Below are positions 54,080 through 62,011 of a DNA stretch of 64,000 nt, piece by piece. The position numbers were made by a program, and so were the translations under genes. The stretch is from Acidobacteriota bacterium (GTDB taxonomy: Bacteria; Acidobacteriota; Thermoanaerobaculia; Multivoradales; Multivoraceae). Position 1 is the stretch's first letter, and every line of letters begins with the position of its first letter. The stretch is taken from NCBI GenBank assembly GCA_039026915.1, contig JBCCLJ010000011.1, positions 72-64,071 on the forward strand. Direction: 5' to 3'. The notes below the pieces were generated by a model. That model saw only the letters and a program-made list of their open reading frames with translations. It did not search any database and had not been told where the DNA came from.

Positions 54080-56536
54080 ATGCGAAGAACGACCCCCAGC
54101 GTCCTGACTTCTCGAGCTCCGCGGCTCGCTGTGCCGGTCGCTGCCGTGCTCTTCACCGCGGCGGCATTGGCTCTCGCTTCCGACGACTTCACCTCCTTTC
54201 GCGGTGACTTCGGCCGGGGAACCGCGGCTTCCGCGCCCTTTACCTCGGCTCTGCAGCAGAGCTGGACTCGTCCGATCGGCTCTGCGTACGCCGGCATGGC
54301 GATCGCTGGCGATCGCCTGGTGACCGCTGAAGCGCAGGACGGTCGCGACACGTTGGTCGCGCTCAGCCTGGAGACCGGGGACATGCTCTGGTCGCTCGAC
54401 CTTGCCGAGGCCTACAAAGGGCACGGCGGCTCGCAGGACGGCGTCATCGCGACGCCGGCGGTCGATCGCGGTGTGGTCTTTGCCGTCGGCCCCTACGGCC
54501 AGGTCGTCGCCGCCAAACTCGACGACGGCAGCGAGCTGTGGCGTCAGCGCATCGGCGTCGCCGACACCGAGCTGGCTGCCGAGACGCCTTACTACGGCTT
54601 TGCTTCCTCGCCGCTGGTGGTCGGAGATCTGGTCGTGGTGCAGGTAGGGAACCCTGGCGGTGCGGCCGTGGCTCTGCAGCGGGACAGCGGTGAGATTGCC
54701 TGGCGGGCGCCGGGCGACGGCGTCTACGCTCAGTCTCCGATCCTCGGGGGCGGCGCGGACGCTCCTCAGATCCTCGTCGCCAGCAACACGGCGATCACCG
54801 GTCTCGACCCGGAAGAAGGCGAAGTGCTCTGGCGCTACCCCGTCGACGCGAACCGGGCGACTTCGCTTTCGATGTCTCCGATCTACCTGCCCGACGGCTC
54901 GATCTACGCCATGGTTTCGGACGACCGGTCCGTTGTGCTCGAGGTTCCGGCGACCGGGGGTGGGGCCGAGCCGCCGCAGGCCGAGGCAGTGTGGGAGCAG
55001 AACGCACTGACGCGCACCTACAGCCCACCGGCTCTGATCGGCGATCAGCTCGTCGGCTTCACGTCGCGCCTTCTGACGGCCTATTCGGTGGACGATGGAG
55101 CGCGACTGTGGCGCTCGCGTGCCCCCGGAGACGGCTTCTTGCTCGGTCTCGGCGACGCGCAAGCGGTCGTCCTCACGAAAGAGGGCTCGCTGCACCTCGG
55201 CGCCGTGAAAGAGGGATGGCAGGAGCAGTGGTCCCTGCAGGGCGTCTTCGAAGATCTCGTCTGGACGCCGCCGGCCTACGCGAACGGCTCGGTCTATCTG
55301 CGCTCGATGACGGAGATCACGCGCTTCGACCTGCTGACCGACCGCGTCACCGAGGTGGAGCAGGAAGGTTCGCTGCCGGATCGCCTGAAGAAGCTCGAAG
55401 ATCGTTCGCCGGCCGGCATTGATGCTTTCCTGGCCGACGTGCAGACGCCGCTGATCGACGGCGATCGCGCGCTCTTTTTGTGGCGTGGTGAGGCGCAGGA
55501 CGTTGGCATCGGCGCCGACTTTCTGGGAATGCGGCGCGAGGAGGCATTTGCGCGCCTCGCAGACACCGACCTCTGGTGGTACGAGGTCGCGCTCGACCCG
55601 GAGTTGGCCTACCACTATCTTCTCTTCGTCGACTACGAGCCGGCCCTCGATCCCCTCAATCCGCGCAGCGAGTTCAACACGGTTTGGGGCTACAACCTGA
55701 ACTGGGTCGATCCCGGAATCCCGGCGGTCGAGATGTCCGTCGTCGAGATGCCGGGGCGAACGGCGCCACCGTCGCACTTGGCGGCGGACGCCGAGGCACC
55801 GGCGCAGCGTGGCCGCCTCGACACGGTCGCCTTCGAGATCGGGCGGGACGATCTGACGGGGCCCAGCATGGGTCCGCCCGAAGGCGTCGACTACGCCCTC
55901 GAGCAGCTTGCCAAGCCGAATCAGGTCTGGCTGCCGCCCGGCTACGACGCAACCGACGATCGCTACCCGGTGGTCTACCTTCTCAAGGGCTCCGGCGCGC
56001 TCGACGAGAAGCAGGGTGCCTGGATTCGCACGCTCGACCGCCGTGTCGGACGCGACTTTGCGCCGCTCATCGTCGTCTTTCTCGACGGCCCACTGCCTTC
56101 GGCTCTGCCGATGTCTGCCATCTTCGAAACGATCGACAGCAAGTACCGGACGCTTCCGGATCGCACCTCTCGCGCCCTGATTTCGATGGGCATGGTGAGC
56201 TTCGAACCGATCGCCCGCGCCGGAACCGAGCGAGCCGCCTTCGGCGCCTTCGGCGTGCAGGACTTCTTTGGTTTCGATGAAGAAGTGGGCATGCTGCTCG
56301 GCATGGTGCAGCGCAACGACGAGCTGCCTCTGCGCGGCTATCTCGAGTGGGGACGACAAGGAGCTCGCAGCGAGACGGAAGGCTGGGACATGCGCGCGTG
56401 GGGTCAGCAGGTCTACGACGGTCTCGAGGAGCGTGGTGTTGCTCTCGAGGGTGGTGAGCAGGCTGAGTCGATCGGTTGGATGAGCTGGCGCAATCGCACG
56501 CACACGATGCTGGGGTTTCTCTTTCCGCCGGAGTAG
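54080..56536 (+). CDS. fusion protein: PQQ-like (BamB-type) beta-propeller + enterochelin-esterase-like N-domain + esterase (alpha/beta hydrolase)
   Basis: Signal peptide …VAAVLFTAAALALASD. PQQ-like repeats are LSLETGDMLWS, KLDDGSELWRQ, QRDSGEIAWRA, DPEEGEVLWRY and VDDGARLWRS. The C-terminal portion, WWYEVALDPELAYHYLLFVD…VWLPPGYDATDDRYPVVYLLKG…ALISMGM, is typical of the putative-esterase family. Confidence 0.75.
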   Translation: MRRTTPSVLTSRAPRLAVPVAAVLFTAAALALASDDFTSFRGDFGRGTAASAPFTSALQQSWTRPIGSAYAGMAIAGDRLVTAEAQDGRDTLVALSLETGDMLWSLDLAEAYKGHGGSQDGVIATPAVDRGVVFAVGPYGQVVAAKLDDGSELWRQRIGVADTELAAETPYYGFASSPLVVGDLVVVQVGNPGGAAVALQRDSGEIAWRAPGDGVYAQSPILGGGADAPQILVASNTAITGLDPEEGEVLWRYPVDANRATSLSMSPIYLPDGSIYAMVSDDRSVVLEVPATGGGAEPPQAEAVWEQNALTRTYSPPALIGDQLVGFTSRLLTAYSVDDGARLWRSRAPGDGFLLGLGDAQAVVLTKEGSLHLGAVKEGWQEQWSLQGVFEDLVWTPPAYANGSVYLRSMTEITRFDLLTDRVTEVEQEGSLPDRLKKLEDRSPAGIDAFLADVQTPLIDGDRALFLWRGEAQDVGIGADFLGMRREEAFARLADTDLWWYEVALDPELAYHYLLFVDYEPALDPLNPRSEFNTVWGYNLNWVDPGIPAVEMSVVEMPGRTAPPSHLAADAEAPAQRGRLDTVAFEIGRDDLTGPSMGPPEGVDYALEQLAKPNQVWLPPGYDATDDRYPVVYLLKGSGALDEKQGAWIRTLDRRVGRDFAPLIVVFLDGPLPSALPMSAIFETIDSKYRTLPDRTSRALISMGMVSFEPIARAGTERAAFGAFGVQDFFGFDEEVGMLLGMVQRNDELPLRGYLEWGRQGARSETEGWDMRAWGQQVYDGLEERGVALEGGEQAESIGWMSWRNRTHTMLGFLFPPE

Positions 56537-56842
56537 GAGAACTTTTCGGTGGCGTGGGCGGTGCCTGGCGGCCTCGTTCTCTGGCGGAACCCAGGCGGGC
56601 AGCGGACTTTGGCAGGATTGCCGCTTCGACGTGGTGATCCGATCGAAGTCGTCCTGGCTTCTGCAGGGTCCGATCACTCAGAGTCCACCGTCTCTGAGAT
56701 CCGTCCCCGCTCGATCCGCTCTATGCGCCACTAGCGATAAGCTCGGCTTTCCCATGACACGGAAAAGCTACGGATTGCGTGAGAAGGAACAAGGGCCGTG
56801 CAAACGGCCTCTCGCTGACCCGAAGGCTTTTAGGAGGCTCAA

Positions 56843-57457
56843 ATGAAGAATCTCGCTCTCTGGACGACGATCGCCGTCTCCGCGTTGCTGGTGACGGACA
56901 TCGCTGAAGCGCAGCGCAAGAAGAACAAAGAGACACGCAACGAGAACATCCCTCTCGTCTGGACCCCGACGACGGAGCTCGGTGAGCTCGACCCGATCGA
57001 CCTGACGGGTGTCACCGGCACGGCCATCGAGATCGGCGAGATCACCGACAGCCGTCGCGAGACGGAGGAGATCGGTCGCAACGTCGAGGACGCTCGGCCC
57101 AAGCTGGTGACCACGCCGGACAACGTCGCCGAGTTCGTTCGCGACAAGGTGGGTGACCTCATGTTCGACATGGGCTTCAAGGTGGTGAAGTCCGATGCGG
57201 AGTTCCGGCTCGAGGGCGAGCTGCGCAAGTTCTACTGCGAAGAAGACAACACGTACGAAGCGGAAACGGTGATGGTCATGAAGTTGATCGACGGCTCGGG
57301 GAACGCCGTCTGGGAGTCGCTGATCACCGGCTCGTCGACCCGCTGGGGGCGCTCGTACAAGGACGAGAACTACTACGAGTCGCTCGCCGACTCGCTGATC
57401 GAAGCGACGCATCGCATCGCTTCGTCGGCCGACTTCCGCCGCGCGCTCAGGAAGTAG
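56843..57457 (+). CDS. small secreted hypothetical protein
   Basis: AGGAGG at 56832-56837 and ATG at 56843, with signal MKNLALWTTIAVSALLVTDIAEAQ. The globular alpha/beta-looking body vaguely resembles the YajG-type lipoprotein family but has no lipobox Cys. Confidence 0.65.
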   Translation: MKNLALWTTIAVSALLVTDIAEAQRKKNKETRNENIPLVWTPTTELGELDPIDLTGVTGTAIEIGEITDSRRETEEIGRNVEDARPKLVTTPDNVAEFVRDKVGDLMFDMGFKVVKSDAEFRLEGELRKFYCEEDNTYEAETVMVMKLIDGSGNAVWESLITGSSTRWGRSYKDENYYESLADSLIEATHRIASSADFRRALRK

Positions 57458-57467
57458 CTCGCCGTTG

Positions 57468-58058
57468 ATGGAGAGCTACGACGACGGGAACCGCAAGGGA
57501 GTACGGAACTTGAGCTGGGAGGAGTTCGCCAGGCTCTCCCGCGACCTCGCCGAGACGGTACGGGCCTTCGAGCCCGACGTCATCGTCGGGGTCGCGAAGG
57601 CGGGCCTTCTCCCGGCGACCGCGGTGGCTTGCGCGCTGCGCTGCGAGCTGATTCCCGTACGAATCAGTCGCCGTGTCGATGACGTCGTCGTGCATCGAAC
57701 GCCGCAGTGGCGCGTCCCGCTGACCGCAGGCCTTGCCGGCAAGCGCGTTGCCGTCATCGACGAGATGGCTGACACGGGTGAGACGCTGCGCCTCGTCGCC
57801 GAGCACACGCGTGAAAACGGCGCGCCCAAGATTCTGACCTCTGTCTTGGTGCAGCACAGCTGGGCCGATCCAAAGCCGGACTTCGCCGCACTGCATACCG
57901 ATGAGCTCGTCGTCTTCCCTTGGGACGCGAAGGTGCTCGTGGATTCGCAGTGGCAGATCCATCCGGAGATCGCCGCGGCGGTGGAGAATCTCGAGAGAGA
58001 ATCGACTGCGGCGACGACCGAGCTGCGCCCCTCGGAGCTGCGCCTCGAAGACGACTAG
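57468..58058 (+). CDS. phosphoribosyltransferase-domain protein
   Basis: PRPP-binding loop KRVAVIDEMADTGETL preceded by VIVGVAKAGLLPA. The track ORF begins one codon earlier at TTG 57465. Confidence 0.8.
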   Translation: MESYDDGNRKGVRNLSWEEFARLSRDLAETVRAFEPDVIVGVAKAGLLPATAVACALRCELIPVRISRRVDDVVVHRTPQWRVPLTAGLAGKRVAVIDEMADTGETLRLVAEHTRENGAPKILTSVLVQHSWADPKPDFAALHTDELVVFPWDAKVLVDSQWQIHPEIAAAVENLERESTAATTELRPSELRLEDD

Positions 58059-58113
58059 GCTTCCGCCATTCCGAGCGTGCGGCTGTTCCATCTCCCGATG
58101 TTTCGGCGCTGTT

Positions 58114-59289
58114 CTAGCGCATGCGCCCCAGCTGTCGTTCGAACTGGCTGAGTGCCAGCTCGATGGGAATCGCGAGGCCGATGCCTTCGCTGTCGCGAAG
58201 GATTGCCGAGTTGATACCGACGACGCGCCCGCGATCGTCCACCAAAGGGCCTCCCGAGTTGCCCGGGTTGATCGGTGCATCGGTCTGCAGGACCCGGAAG
58301 TCCTCCGGATCTCCGGAGTCGCCGACGTAGCCGGAGAAGATCCCGGAGGTCACCTTGTGGCGTAGCCCGCGAGGGCTGCCGATCGTGAAGAGCTGCTGCC
58401 CGAGCTGGAGGTCGTTGCTCGACGCCGTCTCCATGGCGGGGCAGCCACTCTCGGGGATCTCGAGAAGCGCCAGGTCGTACTGATCGCTGAGCTGGACGAT
58501 CTCCAGAGAGTGCTCGGAACCGTCGGCGAGCACCGCCGTCAACTGGGACCCGTGGCGCAGTCCGAGGATCTGTTGGCGCCGGTCTTCGACCTGTCCTTCG
58601 GCTTCGCGCACGCGGTCGATGTCGCGCCCGACGTAGCGCTCCCAGGCATCCTCGCTGCAGTCGCGGCAGCGCCTTCGAAAGTTCTCCTTCTTGGCGTCGA
58701 GCCAGCGGTTCACCTCGACGAGCTGTCGCTCGGCCTCCCGCAGCTGCGCCTGCATCGCATCTGCGTCGCCGCTGCCGAGAGCAACGACGTGACGGTTCGA
58801 GAGGATGCGGCAGCCGCTGCCGAGGAAGAAGCCAGAGCCGACGGAGGTCGGCGTCTTGATGAACACCGTGGCATTGCGGGCCCGCTCGATGTCGTTGCGT
58901 GCCGGCACCTCGGCATCGAGCTGTCGAGCGATGCGACCGGATCGCCTCGCAGACACCGGAGTCGGCGCAGCGTCCGGCGTTGGAGCGGACTCCGCAGCGG
59001 CTGGGGCGGGATCGACCGCCTCGGGCTCGTCGTCTCCGTCGCTGCCGAAGACCAGCGCGAAGAGTCCGAGGAGGACGACGGCGGCGAACGGAAGGACAAA
59101 AGGTGGCAGGTGGCGTTGCCGGGCTGCGGCAGCTCCGCCGGCTGCGAAGGCGGGCGCCGGAGCCGCCGCGGGCCGTGGGGAGACCTCGGAGGGCGCTTTG
59201 CGCAGCGGTGGATTCTCGGCGCACTGGGTGCACCAGGTCGATCCGTCGGACGTCGGAGTCAGGTCGTTGTCACAGTGTGGGCAGCGCAT
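58114..59289 (-). CDS. membrane-anchored trypsin-like (S1C/HtrA-type) serine protease with N-terminal zinc ribbon, no PDZ
   Basis: MRCPHCDNDL…WCTQC is a CxxC…CxxC zinc ribbon. TM helix PFVLPFAAVVLLGLFALVF. Catalytic contexts: His LSNRHVV, Asp QYDLALLEI, Ser TDAPINPGNSGGPL. Confidence 0.8.
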   Translation of the reverse strand: MRCPHCDNDLTPTSDGSTWCTQCAENPPLRKAPSEVSPRPAAAPAPAFAAGGAAAARQRHLPPFVLPFAAVVLLGLFALVFGSDGDDEPEAVDPAPAAAESAPTPDAAPTPVSARRSGRIARQLDAEVPARNDIERARNATVFIKTPTSVGSGFFLGSGCRILSNRHVVALGSGDADAMQAQLREAERQLVEVNRWLDAKKENFRRRCRDCSEDAWERYVGRDIDRVREAEGQVEDRRQQILGLRHGSQLTAVLADGSEHSLEIVQLSDQYDLALLEIPESGCPAMETASSNDLQLGQQLFTIGSPRGLRHKVTSGIFSGYVGDSGDPEDFRVLQTDAPINPGNSGGPLVDDRGRVVGINSAILRDSEGIGLAIPIELALSQFERQLGRMR

Positions 59290-59382
59290 GAGCCAGAACG
59301 CAGCAAAAGCGTTGCCAGAGAACGACTTCCGGGACGAGTCGCGACCCGCGGCTCTGGCGTGACCGCCGTTCGAGGAGCCGAG

Positions 59383-61908
59383 CTACTCCTCGCGCAGAGC
59401 CACCATCGGGTCGACGCGCGAGGCCTTGCGTGCCGGAACGAGCCCAGCGAGGAGCGCCACGGTGCAGAGCAGAACCAGAGAAATCATCAGGACCAACGGG
59501 TCGTGACCGTCGAGCTCGAAGAGCAGAGATGCCCCCAGCCGACCCAAGCCGAGGGCCCCGACCAAGCCGATGATCGCGCCCGGTACGGTCAGCAGACCGA
59601 CCTGGCGCAGGATCATGTTGCGGACCTCGTGCGGGGCCGCACCGAGCGCCATGCGCAGCCCGATCTCGCGCGTACGCTGAGCCACGGCATAAGCGAGGAC
59701 GCCGTAAAGTCCGACGGCGGCGAGCAGCGTGGCCAGAACGGCGAAGGCGGTCGTCAGAGTCGTCATCATCCGATCGAGAAAGAGGCTCTGCGTCACCTGC
59801 ATCTCCATCGTCTGCAGGTTCTCGATCGGCAGGCTCGGGTCGAGGCCGCCGACCTTCGAGCGCAGCGTCGACAGAAGCTGCTCCGGCTCTGAGCTGCTGC
59901 GCACGTAGAAGTTCATGAAGCCGAGCTCCTGATTCTGCTTGTAGGGCAGATAGAAGAGCGGCGGTACTTCGTCTTTGACCTCCGAGTACTTCGCGTTCTG
60001 CACCAGTCCGACGATCTCGAGGTCGTACTCTTCGCCGCGTCCGATCTGCATCCGCCGGCCGACGGCGGAAGTGCCGAGCTCGAACTTCTTGGCGAAAGCC
60101 TCGTTGACGATGACCGCGCCGGGCGCGCCGGCGACGTCACGCTCGTCGAACTCACGACCGTTGATCAGCGGAATGCCGAGCGTGCTGAAGAACTCGGGTC
60201 CGATTTCTGTGTAGTTGGCCTGCGTGTCGGTGTCTGGATCGTTGGGATATCCCTCGACGGAGACGTTGGAGCCCCAGTTGTTGCCGCTGATCAACGGCAC
60301 CATCGAGGCACCAACGCCGTCGACACCAGGAAGCGCCGCGACCTCCTCTTCGATCCGTGCAAAGAGCGCTTGGGAGTCGGAAGGCGAGTAGCCGTTCAGC
60401 TCGGGTGACAGGCCGAAGACGGCGAGTCGGTCGGTCTGCAGGCCTAGGTCGACCTTGCTGACGTTCATCAGGCTCTTCGTGAAGAGCCCGGCCGATGCGA
60501 GCAGGGCCATGGAGAGAGCGATCTGCACGGTCGCCATGCCGGTACGGAAGCGGCTCGCGCCGCGCGACTGCGAGTTGCGCCCGCCGCCGCCCTTGAGGGA
60601 GCCGGCGAGGTCGTGGCGGGTCGCATGCAGCGCGGGGAAGAGTCCGGCGAGACTGGTGAGCAGCACGAGGATCAAGAGGAAGAGCCCCGTCGCGGAGCCG
60701 AGCTGAAACTGCAGCATGAGTCCCGCGTCGTCCGGGAGGAACTGCAGCATCAGGCGAAGGGTGGCGCGAGCGGTCGCGATGCCGAGCAGTCCGCCGATGG
60801 ATGCGAGCAGGAGAGACTCGGCCATCAGCTGGCCCACGACCTGGTAGCGATGCGCGCCGATCGACATGCGCAGAGCGATTTCGTTGGCGCGACCCGTTGC
60901 CTTGGTCAGCAGCAGGTTTGCAATGTTGGCGCAGGCGATCAGCAGAACGAAGCCGGTGACGCCGAGCAGCAGCAGCATCGGTGCGCGCGTCTCCTCGATC
61001 ATCGTGCTCTGGCCCTTCTGACCCGCCTTGAGGACCAAGGTCTTCTCCGCAAAGCGCTCGAGGTAGTCCTCACTGGCCCCCTGCTGGAGCGGCAGCTCGA
61101 TCTCTCGAATGATGTTCTGGTACGGAACGTTGATCGCCGTCTGTGCTTCTTCGAGGCTGACGCCCGGCTTCAGTCGGGCAAAGGCGTAGGCCCAGTAGCT
61201 GCGGCGTTCCTCGTAGTCGTCCCAGCCCGGAATCATGGAGCCGCGCATGCTCAGAGGAACGAAGATCTGCGGGTCGTTGCCGAGCGTGGTTCCGCGAAAG
61301 CCGCGAGGTGCGACTCCAACCACCGTCATCGCCTGGCCGTTGACCTGAAGGGCTTTGTTGAGGATCGACGGGTCCAGGTCGAACCTCGTGCGCCAGTAGG
61401 CATAGCTGAGCACGACGATCGGGTGGCCGTTCGGCGAAACGTCGTCGCTCGGCTCGAAGAGCCTGCCGGCGGCCGGGTTGAGGCCCAGAACCTGGAAGTA
61501 GTTGCCGGTGACGAGTGCGCCTTCGCCGCTCAGTGTGTTGCCTTCGTAGGCGAGGTTTGCTCCGAACGGGTTGTGCGCCGCGATCCCGGTGAAGGCGTCC
61601 TGCTCCTGCTGCAGATCACGCACCATGGCGTAGCTGAAGACGTCGCGCCCGGCGTTGCCCATCGAGACGGAGCCGGACATGGGGCCCTGGGGCGAGAGGT
61701 TGACGAGCTCTCCAGGCGTCTGGACCGGCAGCGGACGCAAGACCACCGTCTCGAAGATGGAGAAGATCGCGGCGTTCGCGCCGATCCCCAGAGCGAGCGA
61801 GAGCGCTGCCACGAGGGTGATCAGGGGACTGCGGAGGAGCGAACGAAAGGCAAGGCGCAGATTGAACAAATCGAGATCTCCTGACGAGAAATTGTCGCGC
61901 TGGGTCAC
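59383..61908 (-). CDS. ADOP-type duplicated FtsX/MacB-like ABC permease (no adjacent ATPase)
   Basis: 841 aa. The N-terminus LRLAFRSLLRSPLITLVAALSLALGIGANAAIFSIFETVVLRPLPVQTPGELVNL is typical of the Acidobacterial duplicated orphan permease family. Two MacB_PCD/FtsX halves. Confidence 0.9.
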   Translation of the reverse strand: MTQRDNFSSGDLDLFNLRLAFRSLLRSPLITLVAALSLALGIGANAAIFSIFETVVLRPLPVQTPGELVNLSPQGPMSGSVSMGNAGRDVFSYAMVRDLQQEQDAFTGIAAHNPFGANLAYEGNTLSGEGALVTGNYFQVLGLNPAAGRLFEPSDDVSPNGHPIVVLSYAYWRTRFDLDPSILNKALQVNGQAMTVVGVAPRGFRGTTLGNDPQIFVPLSMRGSMIPGWDDYEERRSYWAYAFARLKPGVSLEEAQTAINVPYQNIIREIELPLQQGASEDYLERFAEKTLVLKAGQKGQSTMIEETRAPMLLLLGVTGFVLLIACANIANLLLTKATGRANEIALRMSIGAHRYQVVGQLMAESLLLASIGGLLGIATARATLRLMLQFLPDDAGLMLQFQLGSATGLFLLILVLLTSLAGLFPALHATRHDLAGSLKGGGGRNSQSRGASRFRTGMATVQIALSMALLASAGLFTKSLMNVSKVDLGLQTDRLAVFGLSPELNGYSPSDSQALFARIEEEVAALPGVDGVGASMVPLISGNNWGSNVSVEGYPNDPDTDTQANYTEIGPEFFSTLGIPLINGREFDERDVAGAPGAVIVNEAFAKKFELGTSAVGRRMQIGRGEEYDLEIVGLVQNAKYSEVKDEVPPLFYLPYKQNQELGFMNFYVRSSSEPEQLLSTLRSKVGGLDPSLPIENLQTMEMQVTQSLFLDRMMTTLTTAFAVLATLLAAVGLYGVLAYAVAQRTREIGLRMALGAAPHEVRNMILRQVGLLTVPGAIIGLVGALGLGRLGASLLFELDGHDPLVLMISLVLLCTVALLAGLVPARKASRVDPMVALREE

Positions 61909-62011
61909 CGTACTTACGTTTCAGTCGAAAGTTCGTTGCGTCGGGTCTGGAGGTCCAGGCTGGCGTTAAACTTCCAGATCAAGCAACAGAGCCGACCGTG
62001 AGGAGACGACC

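Noticed and set aside
54041-56677. 878-aa minus-strand ORF opposite the PQQ-propeller/esterase gene
   Set aside because: Arg-rich, low-complexity translation with no recognisable domain. The plus-strand frame has coherent propeller and esterase motifs plus a signal peptide.
56793-56811. Hairpin GGCCGT-GCAA-ACGGCC in the 306-nt spacer upstream of 56843
   Set aside because: It is a clean 6-bp stem with a GNRA-type loop, but it has no following T-run and no surrounding conserved structure that I could recognise. That is insufficient to call a terminator, riboswitch or sRNA.
59290-59382. Short AACGC…GCGTT inverted repeat between the protease and the ADOP permease
   Set aside because: It is only a 5-bp stem and has no U-tract on the relevant (minus) strand, so it is not convincing as a terminator.
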